Assembly (NCBI RefSeq): GCF_013167455.1
Contig: NZ_CP038328.1
Strand: one strand, 5' to 3'
DNA: 64,000 nt
Origin: Escherichia coli O157:H7
Lineage (GTDB): Bacteria; Pseudomonadota; Gammaproteobacteria; Enterobacterales; Enterobacteriaceae
Shown here: positions 1 through 13,647 of the stretch, piece after piece
Numbering within the stretch: the first letter of the stretch is position 1
How the letters are laid out: every line of letters begins with the position of its first letter
Translations under genes and position numbers: made by a program
Notes under the pieces: model-generated
Database searches by the model: none
What the model saw: the letters and a program-made list of their open reading frames with translations, nothing else
Told to the model about the DNA's origin: nothing

Positions 1-609
1 AAATACAACACTGACCACGCCATCCTTGATGTGGCGGAGCTGGACGGTTTATTGACGGCGGTGTTGAGTTCTCCGCAAGAGATTGAACCGGCACAGTGGC
101 TGGTTGCCGTGTGGGGTGGGGCTGACTATGTGCCGCGCTGGGCGTCAGAGAAAGAGATGACGCGCTTTATGAACCTGGCTTTTCAACATATGGCCGATAC
201 CGCAGAGCGTCTGAACGAATTCCCGGAGCAGTTTGAGCCGTTATTCGGCTTGCGAGAAGTTGATGGCAGCGAGCTGACGATTGTTGAGGAGTGGTGCTTT
301 GGCTATATGCGGGGCGTGGCACTTTCTGACTGGTCAACATTGCCCGATTCGTTAAAACCAGCGCTGGAGGCGATAGCGCTGCACGGTACTGAGGAAAACT
401 TCGAGCGGGTAGAGAAGATGTCGCCAGAAGCGTTTGAAGAGAGCGTAGATGCCATTCGACTGGCGGCGCTTGATCTACATGCGTACTGGATGGCGCATCC
501 GCAGGAAAAAGCTGTTCAGCAACCGATCAAAGCAGAAGAGAAACCGGGGCGTAACGATCCTTGCCCGTGCGGTAGTGGTAAAAAATTTAAGCAGTGCTGC
601 CTGCATTAA
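1..609 (+). CDS. yecA: SEC-C motif protein YecA (UPF0149 family), 5'-truncated by window edge
   Basis: ORF 31..609 stays open in frame back to position 1; C-terminus [13 protein letters not shown] is a SecA-like SEC-C zinc motif; K-12 synteny next to tyrP. Confidence 0.85.
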   Translation, partial: KYNTDHAILDVAELDGLLTAVLSSPQEIEPAQWLVAVWGGADYVPRWASEKEMTRFMNLAFQHMADTAERLNEFPEQFEPLFGLREVDGSELTIVEEWCFGYMRGVALSDWSTLPDSLKPALEAIALHGTEENFERVEKMSPEAFEESVDAIRLAALDLHAYWMAHPQEKAVQQPIKAEEKPGRNDPCPCGSGKKFKQCCLH

Positions 610-670
610 GAAGTCAAATTGGGTGTCAGCGTTAATTCTGGCACCCAATAAGGAATTTGAGGCTATCTAA

Positions 671-1882
671 TCACCCCACTTCTGGTAACAACCCTGCCGC
701 AATCAAAAATTGCACGCCAATCACAGCAATACCACAGAGAAACACCACCACCAGCGCCGGACGACCACCTTTGACCCGGTAACCCGCTTGAGGATTGTGC
801 TTTCTGCTTTGCCAGGTCAACAGCGAAGGGATAATCAATGCCAGTACCGCCAGCGCCACACCGGCGTAACCCAGCGCCATCACAAATCCTCGTGGATAAA
901 ACAGTGCAAACGCCAACGGTGGCAGAAAGGTAATTGCTCCAGTTTGCAATCGTCCACCAACGGTATTTGAACGCTGAAACAAATCTGCCAGATAATCAAA
1001 TAAGCCTAACGCAACGCCGAGAAATGACGTGGCAAGGGCTAAATCAGCAAATAAATGCACTGCCAGCTCAACATGCGGAGAGGCCACCATTTCGCGTAAC
1101 GCCTGTAACAGCCCGTTTAATCCGGCATGATTAGCCAGCAATCCCATAAAGGTTGTTGAATCAATGCTGCCAAGCGTCGCCACCTGCCAGAAAATATATG
1201 CCACCAGGGGGATCGCACTACCGGTTATAAACACCCAGCGTAGCTTACGAATGTTGCCATCCATATAGCTGACAATACTCGGCACGCTACCGTGAAAACC
1301 AAACGACGTAAAAATCACCGGGATTGCAGACAGTGCCAGCCCCTGTTGCAACGGCAGGGTTAAAAGATTCACTTTGTGAATATGCGGTAGCAGCAATACC
1401 AGCATCACCACCAGAAAAATAATTTTGGCGCTGAACAGAAAACGGTTAAATAAATCGACCAGCGATGTCCCGACACAAACCACGCCACCGGCAACAAAAG
1501 TGAACAACAACACGCCAGCGGTTGCCGACATTGAAATACCTGTCCAGTCGCTGATGCTGGAGGCCAACAATTCACCGGCACCGCTGATGTATGCCGCAGT
1601 CAGAGCATACATTAAGAACATCATACTGAAGCCCGTCAGCCATTGACCGTAGCGTCCCAGATAGCGTTTTGCCAGCGTGCCCAGACCGGTATCTGCCGGA
1701 ACATGCTGGTACACCTCCAGCAGTAATAGCGCCGTGTAGCACATCAACGCCCAAAGCCCAATCAACAAGATTAACGTAACGCTAAAACCAACACCGGCCG
1801 CAGCCAGCGGCATTGCCAGCATGCCTGCGCCAATTGTGGTTCCCGCCACGATAAAAACACTTCCCAGGGTTCTGTTTTTCAC
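671..1882 (-). CDS. tyrP: Tyrosine-specific transporter (HAAAP family permease)
   Basis: 403-aa multi-pass hydrophobic ORF matching TyrP length and sequence; TyrR boxes immediately upstream. Confidence 0.95.
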   Translation of the reverse strand: MKNRTLGSVFIVAGTTIGAGMLAMPLAAAGVGFSVTLILLIGLWALMCYTALLLLEVYQHVPADTGLGTLAKRYLGRYGQWLTGFSMMFLMYALTAAYISGAGELLASSISDWTGISMSATAGVLLFTFVAGGVVCVGTSLVDLFNRFLFSAKIIFLVVMLVLLLPHIHKVNLLTLPLQQGLALSAIPVIFTSFGFHGSVPSIVSYMDGNIRKLRWVFITGSAIPLVAYIFWQVATLGSIDSTTFMGLLANHAGLNGLLQALREMVASPHVELAVHLFADLALATSFLGVALGLFDYLADLFQRSNTVGGRLQTGAITFLPPLAFALFYPRGFVMALGYAGVALAVLALIIPSLLTWQSRKHNPQAGYRVKGGRPALVVVFLCGIAVIGVQFLIAAGLLPEVG

Positions 1883-1962
1883 GCTTTCTTCTGTCCTGAC
1901 GATCTTTATGAGTGATATCTGCGGCGCAGGTTAAGGCATAACGGCTGCTTCGTCAAACCGAC

Positions 1963-1992
1963 GTTACATATGGTGTAAACATAAATGTACAA
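1963..1992. promoter_or_regulatory. Tandem TyrR boxes in tyrP promoter
   Basis: gttacatatggtgtaaacataaatgtaca contains two overlapping TGTAAA-N6-TTTACA-like palindromes directly upstream of tyrP. Confidence 0.6.
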
Positions 1993-2073
1993 TAAAAAGC
2001 ATTCAGTCCTGCGCTGGCGCAAAGTCTTCATAAGCGGCAATCGCTACGCTAGGCTTTTTTTTGAGGAGGAACG

Positions 2074-2313
2074 ATGGACTCTATTCACGGTCATGAAGTG
2101 TTAAATATGATGATTGAATCAGGCGAGCAATATACGCATGCCAGTCTGGAAGCTGCGATTAAAGCGCGTTTTGGTGAACAGGCACGTTTTCACACTTGCT
2201 CGGCAGAAGGGATGACAGCGGGAGAGCTGGTAGCGTTTCTGGCAGCAAAAGGCAAATTTATACCTTCAGAAGAAGGTTTTTCGACCGATCAGAGTAAGAT
2301 TTGCCGTCACTGA
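2074..2313 (+). CDS. yecH: Uncharacterized protein YecH (DUF2492)
   Basis: 79-aa ORF with GAGGAGG Shine-Dalgarno; position between tyrP and ftnA as in K-12. Confidence 0.85.
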   Translation: MDSIHGHEVLNMMIESGEQYTHASLEAAIKARFGEQARFHTCSAEGMTAGELVAFLAAKGKFIPSEEGFSTDQSKICRH

Positions 2314-2349
2314 TTTGAAATGGCGGCAGAAACCTGCCGCCGGAGAGCA

Positions 2350-2847
2350 TTAGTTTTGTGTGTCGAGGGTAGAGAGTTCTTTGTCGATAAAATACAGACC
2401 TTCGCCGCTTTTGCCTGCCAGGCTTAATTTATCAATAATCGATTTGAACAGTTTCTCTTCTTCATGCTGCTCAGAAACATACCACTGCAGGAAATTAAAT
2501 GTTGGGTAGTCCTGATTGGTCATTGCAGCATGAGCCAGTTCGTTAATTTTCTGGGTGATTAATTGTTCGTGTTTATAGGTTTCCTGGAATAATTCATCAA
2601 GTGAGGAATATTCAGCAAACGGAGATTCAACGGTATTAATACGCGGTAAATTGCCGGTATCAGTCAGGTAATCAAACAGACGCTGCATATGCGTCATCTC
2701 TTCCTGGGCGTGACGGCGCAGGAACGCGGCAGCACCTTCGAAGGTATGATAGCTGCACCAGGCGCTCATTTGCTGATAAAGCAGTGAAGAGTACAGTTCC
2801 AGGTTCATCTGCTCATTAAGTTTTTCAATCATTTCTGGTTTCAGCAT
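2350..2847 (-). CDS. ftnA: Ferritin FtnA (iron storage)
   Basis: ORF translation from [21 protein letters not shown] is the 165-aa ferritin; the listed 170-aa ORF has a 5-codon upstream extension that I trimmed. Confidence 0.93.
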
Positions 2848-3017
2848 GATAGTGCTCCACAAAGGTTATATTTGTTGCTGTGGCGTCACTATAATTTGTT
2901 ATTTTATTATTTGCAAAAGGTAAAATATAAACTTCAATTATTAAAAATACGAATGGGAATAAAACGCATTACCGCTATTTCTTTAATCAGCGAAGATCCC
3001 CTCGCTGATTAAAATAT

Positions 3018-3341
3018 TTAGAGAAAGACAGGGAAGGCGGAATGATGGCACTGATATGACAAAGTGAATTCCGTATTCAAACATAAGGAACCCGCAAAAA
3101 GGCTACAGTTGCCTACTGGCTGACCAAAGGGGATCGCGTGGGTATAGCCTTCCTGTTGGCATGCGCGATCGGAGATCCCGCGACTGACATAACGATCGGT
3201 ATGGGCATGCTGCAAAAAAGCCTGGTCATAAACCAACCGTACAATACCTGTTGCCGCGTCAACTTCGCTCACATGGGCCTGGCGAGTAACCGTACACCCC
3301 GCCAGCGTTATTAATGAAAGAGTCAGAATCAGAAGTCTCAT
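3018..3341 (-). CDS. yecR: Lipoprotein YecR
   Basis: 107-aa ORF with lipoprotein signal peptide and lipobox (LITLAGC). Confidence 0.85.
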   Translation of the reverse strand: MRLLILTLSLITLAGCTVTRQAHVSEVDAATGIVRLVYDQAFLQHAHTDRYVSRGISDRACQQEGYTHAIPFGQPVGNCSLFAGSLCLNTEFTLSYQCHHSAFPVFL

Positions 3342-3504
3342 GGTCCAGCCAGAAGAGTAAGAGAAAGCACTATTTTACGCGTTACAGCGCTGCGACAATG
3401 GCCGGAAAAGACGCCTGGCAGGCGCTATTTCTTGCCATCTGTAGGTGTCAGAAATAGGGGGCTGTTCTTTGATTATCATTTTTATAACATTAAAGGGGTA
3501 TTTA

Positions 3505-3520
3505 TGTGATTTGTATCACA
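3505..3520. promoter_or_regulatory. CRP binding site (perfect TGTGA-N6-TCACA)
   Basis: tgtgatttgtatcaca upstream of azuC; a second near-consensus site tgtgatggttgtcata lies at 3535..3550. Confidence 0.6.
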
Positions 3521-3602
3521 TAAAGATTGATTTTTGTGATGGTTGTCATATTATAAGCGCAAAGACAATAACACCTGTATAACAAATGGTCGGAGTGCCG
3601 CG

Positions 3603-3689
3603 ATGAAACTGCGCAAAATCCTGAAAAGTATGTTCAATAACTATTGCAAGACGTTCAAAGACGTACCGCCAGGCAATATGTTCCGATAA
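3603..3689 (+). CDS. azuC: Small membrane-associated protein AzuC (28 aa)
   Basis: ATG..TAA encoding MKLRKILKSMFNNYCKTFKDVPPGNMFR, followed directly by an intrinsic terminator; too short for the 60-aa ORF track. Confidence 0.8.
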   Translation: MKLRKILKSMFNNYCKTFKDVPPGNMFR

Positions 3690-3690
3690 C

Positions 3691-3717
3691 AAAAAACCTG
3701 CTCCGGCAGGTTTTTTT
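3691..3717 (+). terminator. Rho-independent terminator after azuC
   Basis: aaaaaacctgctccggcaggttttttt: GC stem with 7-T run. Confidence 0.7.
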
Positions 3718-3803
3718 GTGTCCTGATGAGGGTGGATGTGACTATCGTTGAAGATGTGAAGCCGCTACTATAACGGCTTTCAAAATGCTATCAGGAGTTT
3801 ACG

Positions 3804-4055
3804 ATGTCCCAGACGCTGAATGCCGATCAGGAACTGGTTTCTGATGTGGTTGCTTGCCAGTTGGTTATCAAACAAATTCTGGATGTTCTCGATGTAATCG
3901 CGCCCGTTGAAGTTCGTGAAAAAATGTCCAGTCAGCTGAAGAATATCGACTTTACTCATCATCCCGCTGCCGCAGACCCGGTCACCATGCGGGCAATCCA
4001 AAAAGCCATCGCGCTGATTGAGCTCAAGTTTACCCCACAAGGCGAATCCCATTAA
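3804..4055 (+). CDS. yecJ: Uncharacterized protein YecJ (DUF2766)
   Basis: 83-aa ORF with AGGAG Shine-Dalgarno; K-12 synteny. Confidence 0.85.
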   Translation: MSQTLNADQELVSDVVACQLVIKQILDVLDVIAPVEVREKMSSQLKNIDFTHHPAAADPVTMRAIQKAIALIELKFTPQGESH

Positions 4056-4134
4056 AAAACCGCTGCTTCAAAAAAGATGAGGCAGCGGTTTCTCAAAAAC
4101 TTCATCGGTGCAATGCATTAGCGTCGATGTATGA

Positions 4135-4638
4135 TCAATGCAGCTGATGCGACACGACATTCAGAACATGTTGGTCGGTCTGCACTGGGCACATACCCGC
4201 AAGTTTCGCACTGCGCACTTCATCAAGAATGGTTTGCAGCAACAGGCCATCATGCTGCTGTTCTTTTTCCAGATCGCGCAGGAAATTGACGGTTGAATCA
4301 TCATTCAGTTCTTTCGCTTCATCGGCTAACTGTGCCAACGTACTAGAACGTTGCTCGTATTCTTCCATCGTTTTTTGGAACAGTTCTTCCAGAGAGTTCA
4401 GTTTTTCACCGGGAACATCAATGGCTTTAACGATGGGGGTAGCGCCGACACTCTTCATAAAGTTAAACATGCGCATCATTTGGGTCACATTACTCTGTGC
4501 CTGGGCGCGAAGGAAAGTGGCGGTGCCGTTCAGACTCTGTTCAGAACACCAGTTACTCAGGTGAAGGTAGAGATTGGATGCGTAAAACTCGCGGTTCATT
4601 TGAGAGTTGAGTTTGAGAAGCATTCCAGCGGTTGCCAT
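4135..4638 (-). CDS. ftnB: Ferritin-like protein FtnB
   Basis: 167-aa ORF, ferritin-like fold, paralogous to ftnA. Confidence 0.9.
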   Translation of the reverse strand: MATAGMLLKLNSQMNREFYASNLYLHLSNWCSEQSLNGTATFLRAQAQSNVTQMMRMFNFMKSVGATPIVKAIDVPGEKLNSLEELFQKTMEEYEQRSSTLAQLADEAKELNDDSTVNFLRDLEKEQQHDGLLLQTILDEVRSAKLAGMCPVQTDQHVLNVVSHQLH

Positions 4639-5149
4639 ACCTAATATCCTTATATCCAGAAGTGGAGAGGTGCAAGATAAATCAAAACACCATAATTACT
4701 GTTTGCAGAATAATTCCTTTCTGCCGGTCCGAAATGTGATCGTGGAGTCAATTCTGACGATGATCTGAAATAAGAATAACGTCTGAACGGGTATAAGAAA
4801 ATGCTTAAATCATCAAGTTTATATATTTTTACATTTCATTGATGAAATCAATGTAACTGCAATGAATTTTAATGATAGTGCTTTTTGTATCTTGTTGATA
4901 TTAATCAATGAATTTGAATTCATGATGAAGTGATTATTTTATAAAACGTTTTTTCATTTTTGCGAGATGGCTCTCATTATACGTGTTCTGTTAATTAATG
5001 AGCACAGTGATAATTAATGACGAAATGAATGACGTGCATTTTCCACATCTTTGAGTTGCGGTTATTACACCATTTCAAAAACTCAACGCCAGGTAATGCG
5101 GCCTATTGACTGGTGAAAAAGAAGACATCCCGCATGGGTACCAAAGACA

Positions 5150-5434
5150 ACAAGGATTTCCAGGCTAATCTTATGGATTAATCTGCTGTGCATTCAACAA
5201 TTTGTCTGACAAATTGGCTTTTCCTTATGTCTTTTCCCGCTAAATTTATGCACGTTCTCACTGTAATTCTGCGATGTGATATTGCTCTCCTATGGAGAAT
5301 TAATTTCTCGCTAAAACTATGTCAACACAGTCACTTATCTTTTAGTTAAAAGGTAATGCTTTGTTTTCCGATTAATTTAACGAATGTCATTCGTTTTTGC
5401 CCTGCACAAAACGACACTAAAGCTGGAGAGAACC
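5150..5434 (+). promoter_or_regulatory. araFGH promoter region with candidate AraC half-site
   Basis: tatggattaatctgctg (5172..5188) matches about 13 of 17 positions of the reverse-complemented AraC I1 half-site; exact promoter elements not resolved. Confidence 0.4.
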
Positions 5435-6424
5435 ATGCACAAATTTACTAAAGCCCTGGCAGCCATTGGTCTGGCAGCCGTTATGTCACAATCCGCTATG
5501 GCGGAGAACCTGAAGCTCGGTTTCCTGGTGAAGCAACCGGAAGAGCCGTGGTTCCAGACCGAATGGAAGTTTGCCGATAAAGCCGGGAAGGATTTAGGGT
5601 TTGAGGTTATTAAGATTGCCGTGCCGGATGGCGAAAAAACATTGAACGCGATCGATAGCCTGGCCGCCAGTGGCGCAAAAGGTTTCGTTATTTGTACTCC
5701 GGACCCGAAACTCGGCTCTGCCATCGTGGCGAAAGCGCGTGGCTACGATATGAAAGTCATTGCCGTGGATGACCAGTTTGTTAACGCCAAAGGTAAGCCA
5801 ATGGATACCGTTCCTCTGGTGATGATGGCGGCGACCAAAATTGGCGAACGTCAGGGCCAGGAACTGTATAAAGAGATGCAGAAACGTGGCTGGGATGTCA
5901 AAGAAAGCGCGGTGATGGCGATTACCTCCAACGAACTGGATACGGCTCGTCGCCGTACTACGGGTTCTATGGATGCGCTGAAAGCTGCAGGATTCCCGGA
6001 AAAACAAATTTATCAGGTACCTACCAAATCTAACGACATCCCCGGGGCATTTGACGCTGCCAACTCAATGCTGGTTCAACATCCGGAAGTTAAACATTGG
6101 CTGATCGTCGGTATGAACGACAGCACCGTGCTGGGCGGCGTACGCGCGACGGAAGGTCAGGGCTTTAAAGCGGCCGATATCATCGGTATCGGTATTAACG
6201 GTGTGGATGCGGTGAGCGAACTGTCTAAGGCACAGGCAACCGGCTTCTACGGTTCCCTGTTGCCAAGCCCGGACGTACATGGTTATAAGTCCAGCGAAAT
6301 GCTTTACAACTGGGTAGCAAAAGGTGTTGAACCGACCAAATTCACCGAAGTTACCGACGTGGTGCTGATCACGCGTGACAACTTTAAAGAAGAACTGGAG
6401 AAAAAAGGTTTAGGCGGTAAGTAA
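5435..6424 (+). CDS. araF: L-arabinose ABC transporter periplasmic binding protein
   Basis: 329-aa product from MHKFTKALAAIGLAAVMSQSAMA (signal peptide); GGAGAG Shine-Dalgarno; the listed ORF has a 17-codon upstream extension. Confidence 0.95.
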   Translation: MHKFTKALAAIGLAAVMSQSAMAENLKLGFLVKQPEEPWFQTEWKFADKAGKDLGFEVIKIAVPDGEKTLNAIDSLAASGAKGFVICTPDPKLGSAIVAKARGYDMKVIAVDDQFVNAKGKPMDTVPLVMMAATKIGERQGQELYKEMQKRGWDVKESAVMAITSNELDTARRRTTGSMDALKAAGFPEKQIYQVPTKSNDIPGAFDAANSMLVQHPEVKHWLIVGMNDSTVLGGVRATEGQGFKAADIIGIGINGVDAVSELSKAQATGFYGSLLPSPDVHGYKSSEMLYNWVAKGVEPTKFTEVTDVVLITRDNFKEELEKKGLGGK

Positions 6425-6493
6425 TTTGCCGGAAAAATTCCCCTTTGCATGATGCAGAGGGGGTGTGAACGACCAGTGATTCACGGAGACGTT

Positions 6494-8008
6494 ATGCAAC
6501 AGTCTACCCCGTATCTCTCATTTCGCGGCATCGGTAAAACGTTTCCCGGCGTTAAGGCGCTGACGGATATTAGTTTTGACTGCTATGCCGGTCAGGTTCA
6601 TGCGTTGATGGGTGAAAATGGCGCAGGAAAATCAACTCTCTTAAAAATCCTCAGCGGCAACTATGCGCCAACCACGGGTTCTGTAGTGATTAATGGGCAG
6701 GAAATGTCCTTTTCCGACACGACCGCAGCACTTAACGCGGGTGTGGCGATTATTTACCAGGAACTGCATCTCGTGCCGGAAATGACCGTCGCGGAAAACA
6801 TCTATCTCGGCCAGCTGCCGCATAAAGGCGGCATTGTGAATCGCTCATTGCTGAATTATGAGGCGGGTTTACAACTTAAACATCTTGGTATGGATATTGA
6901 CCCGGACACGCCGCTGAAATATCTCTCCATTGGTCAGTGGCAGATGGTTGAAATCGCCAAGGCGCTGGCGCGTAACGCTAAAATTATCGCCTTTGATGAG
7001 CCAACCAGCTCCCTTTCTGCCCGCGAAATCGACAATCTTTTCCGCGTTATTCGTGAACTGCGAAAAGAGGGGCGGGTGATCTTATACGTTTCTCACCGTA
7101 TGGAAGAAATATTTGCCCTCAGCGATGCCATCACTGTCTTTAAAGATGGACGTTATGTCAAAACCTTTACCGATATGCAGCAGGTTGACCACGACGCGCT
7201 GGTGCAGGCGATGGTCGGGCGCGACATTGGCGATATCTACGGCTGGCAACCGCGTAGTTATGGCGAGGAGCGCCTGCGTCTTGATGCTGTGAAAGCACCA
7301 GGCGTGCGTACGCCAATAAGTCTGGCGGTTCGCAGTGGTGAAATTGTTGGGCTGTTTGGTCTGGTAGGGGCGGGGCGTAGCGAATTAATGAAAGGCATGT
7401 TTGGCGGGACGCAAATCACCGCCGGTCAGGTTTATATCGACCAACAGCCGATCGATATTCGTAAACCGAGCCACGCCATTGCCGCAGGCATGATGCTCTG
7501 CCCGGAAGATCGCAAAGCGGAAGGCATTATTCCTGTGCACTCCGTTCGCGACAATATCAACATCAGTGCCAGACGTAAACATGTGCTCGGCGGTTGTGTA
7601 ATCAACAACGGTTGGGAAGAAAACAATGCCGATCACCACATTCGTTCGCTCAACATCAAAACGCCGGGCGCTGAGCAACTGATTATGAATCTCTCAGGTG
7701 GAAATCAGCAAAAAGCCATTCTGGGCCGCTGGTTATCGGAAGAGATGAAGGTCATTTTGCTGGATGAACCTACGCGCGGCATTGATGTTGGTGCTAAGCA
7801 CGAAATATATAACGTGATTTATGCGCTGGCGGCGCAGGGTGTGGCGGTGCTGTTTGCCTCCAGCGACTTACCTGAAGTCCTCGGCGTTGCCGACCGGATT
7901 GTGGTGATGCGCGAAGGTGAAATCGCCGGTGAATTGTTACACGAGCAGGCAGATGAGCGTCAGGCACTGAGCCTTGCGATGCCTAAAGTCAGCCAGGCAG
8001 TTGCCTGA
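6494..8008 (+). CDS. araG: L-arabinose ABC transporter ATP-binding protein (duplicated ABC domains)
   Basis: 504-aa product from [10 protein letters not shown]; two Walker A motifs ([18 protein letters not shown]) and ABC signature LSGGNQQK. Confidence 0.95.
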
Positions 8009-8022
8009 GTAAGGAGAGTATG

Positions 8023-11375
<3,353 letters not shown>

Positions 11376-11381
11376 GAGCGG

Positions 11382-11810
11382 TTAATCTCCCGTAAGTGGA
11401 ACTAACAGCACATCGACCTCACTTGAGGCAATCACTCTTTTCGCCGAGCAGGATGCTCGCGAAAAGAAACTGTGATTGTGATTACCGCAAATCACCAAAT
11501 CGAAATGATATTTGCGACAAACTTCCAGAATATGTTCGCTTAACTCACCGTAGGCAATAAACGTCTTGTCAACGGGATACCCCGCATCCTGAATTAACTT
11601 ATCAAGAAAGCTTTGCGTTTCTTCCTGCATCACGCTGCGTAAATCTTCAAGCATCGGCGCAGCTAATTGATTGTACATTTCCGGGTCGGAAGCGAGAGTA
11701 ATTAAACTGATGTGTCCCTTTACTGGCCTGGCGATAGATACCGCTTTTGCCAGCAGTTGCTGACTTTCCGGTGTAACCGCAACAGCGACAAGAATATTGC
11801 TATAGCTCAT
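11382..11810 (-). CDS. uspC: Universal stress protein C
   Basis: 142-aa UspA-family ORF; divergent from flhDC. Confidence 0.9.
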   Translation of the reverse strand: MSYSNILVAVAVTPESQQLLAKAVSIARPVKGHISLITLASDPEMYNQLAAPMLEDLRSVMQEETQSFLDKLIQDAGYPVDKTFIAYGELSEHILEVCRKYHFDLVICGNHNHSFFSRASCSAKRVIASSEVDVLLVPLTGD

Positions 11811-12589
11811 AACCTGTTCCTTATTCTGTGAACTTCAGGTGACATTAAAGCTTTACTCCTAATGGAGAAACGACGCAATCCCAACTCAGTCAAACAGGTA
11901 AATATTAGTCCGATTATTAGTAAAGACAATTAATCAATCACTCTCGGTGATCATATGATTTCAACTGTAATTATAAGAAAATAATGTACTGATTCCCCGC
12001 ATTAAACAAGTGGTTAATATATGCAAAACATTTTATTAACATTAAGTTGATTGTTGCCTTTCTTTGTATTTAATTAGTTTGTTGTGCGGTAAGTGTCTGT
12101 TTAAAAATAGCTTATCTGGTATTGCATGAAAGTGATTATTTATAGCAGATGATTATTTACGGTGAGTTATTTTAACTGTGCGCAACATCCCATTTCGATT
12201 ATTCCTGTTTCATTTTTGCTTGCTAGCGTAGCGAAAAACTTTTTAACAGATTGAAATACACCCAAAACAAAAGTATGACTTATACATTTATGTTAAGTAA
12301 TTGAGTGTTTTGTGTGATCTGCATCACACATTATTGAAAATCGCAGCCCCCCTCCGTTGTATGTGCGTGTAGTGACGAGTACAGTTGCGTCGATTTAGGA
12401 AAAATCTTAGATAAGTGTAAAGACCCCCTTCTATTTGTAAGGACTTATTAAACCAAAAAGGTGGCTCTGCTTATTGCAGCTTATCGCAACTATTCTAATG
12501 CTAATTATTTTTTACCGGGGCTTCCCGGCGACATCACGGGGTGCGGTGAAACCGCATAAAAATAAAGTTGGTTATTCTGGGTGGGAATA
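11811..12589 (+). promoter_or_regulatory. flhDC master-operon regulatory region and long 5' UTR
   Basis: 780-bp AT-rich intergenic region upstream of flhD; contains the CRP site at 12313..12328; no IS element present. Confidence 0.8.
12313..12328 (+). promoter_or_regulatory. CRP site of the flhDC promoter
   Basis: tgtgatctgcatcaca, perfect TGTGA-N6-TCACA; its centre lies about 270 bp upstream of the flhD ATG, consistent with the known -71.5 site and ~198-nt leader. Confidence 0.75.
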
Positions 12590-12940
12590 ATGCATACCTC
12601 CGAGTTGCTGAAACACATTTATGACATCAACTTGTCATATTTACTACTTGCACAGCGTCTGATTGTTCAGGACAAAGCGTCCGCTATGTTTCGTCTCGGC
12701 ATAAATGAAGAAATGGCGACAACATTAGCGGCACTGACTCTTCCGCAAATGGTTAAGCTGGCAGAAACCAATCAGCTGGTTTGTCACTTCCGTTTTGACA
12801 GCCACCAGACGATTACTCTGTTGACGCAAGATTCCCGCGTTGACGATCTCCAGCAAATTCATACCGGCATCATGCTCTCAACACGCTTGCTGAATGATGT
12901 TAATCAGCCTGAAGAAGCGCTGCGCAAGAAAAGGGCCTGA
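12590..12940 (+). CDS. flhD: Flagellar master regulator FlhD
   Basis: 116-aa product from [14 protein letters not shown]; the listed ORF begins 9 nt upstream at a GTG (119-aa form). Confidence 0.93.
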
Positions 12941-12942
12941 TC

Positions 12943-13521
12943 ATGAGTGAAAAAAGCATTGTTCAGGAAGCGCGGGATATTCAGCTGGCAATGGAATTGA
13001 TCACCCTGGGCGCTCGTTTGCAGATGCTGGAAAGCGAAACACAGTTAAGTCGCGGACGCCTGATAAAACTTTATAAAGAACTGCGCGGAAGCCCACCGCC
13101 GAAAGGCATGCTGCCATTCTCAACCGACTGGTTTATGACTTGGGAACAAAACGTTCATGCTTCGATGTTCTGTAATGCATGGCAGTTTTTACTGAAAACC
13201 GGTTTGTGTAATGGCGTCGATGCGGTGATCAAAGCCTACCGTTTATACCTTGAACAGTGCCCGCAAGCAGAAGAAGGACCGCTGCTGGCATTAACCCGTG
13301 CCTGGACATTGGTGCGGTTTGTTGAAAGTGGATTACTGCAACTTTCCAGCTGCAACTGCTGCGGCGGCAATTTTATTACCCACGCTCACCAGCCTGTTGG
13401 CAGCTTTGCCTGCAGCTTATGTCAACCGCCATCCCGGGCAGTAAAAAGACGTAAACTTTCCCAGAATCCTGCCGATATTATCCCACAACTGCTGGATGAA
13501 CAGAGAGTACAGGCTGTTTAA
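12943..13521 (+). CDS. flhC: Flagellar master regulator FlhC (zinc-binding)
   Basis: 192-aa ORF with Cys cluster CNCCGG...CSLC; immediately downstream of flhD. Confidence 0.95.
13452..13478 (+). promoter_or_regulatory. Sigma-28 (FliA) promoter inside flhC 3' end (motA/MotR promoter)
   Basis: TAAA-N15-GCCGATAT matches the sigma-28 consensus TAAA-N15-GCCGATAA. Confidence 0.6.
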
Positions 13522-13579
13522 CTGATACGGTGTGGCGCAACATTCCAGCAGCGGTAACGACGTACCGCTGCTTTTTTTT
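13486..13579 (+). ncRNA. motR: MotR-like sigma-28-dependent sRNA from the motA 5' UTR
   Basis: Sigma-28 promoter followed about 95 nt later by an intrinsic terminator upstream of the motA start; ends are approximate. Confidence 0.5.
13545..13579 (+). terminator. Intrinsic terminator between flhC and motA
   Basis: ccagcagcgg-taacgacgta-ccgctgc stem-loop followed by 8 T. Confidence 0.7.
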
Positions 13580-13647
13580 GCCCCAATCGCGCGTTAACGC
13601 CTGACGACTGAACATCCTGTCATGGTCAACAGTGGAAGGATGATGTC

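Noticed and set aside
449-670. 73-aa ORF overlapping the yecA 3' end
   Set aside because: Out-of-frame overlap with the yecA coding sequence and no start context.
12581-12589. Upstream GTG giving a 119-aa FlhD
   Set aside because: The ATG at 12590 gives the 116-aa form that I believe is the accepted start; the 9-nt extension cannot be excluded from sequence alone.
11811-12589. IS element or prophage remnant upstream of flhD
   Set aside because: No transposase-like ORF and no terminal inverted repeats; the AT-rich sequence is consistent with the native regulatory region.
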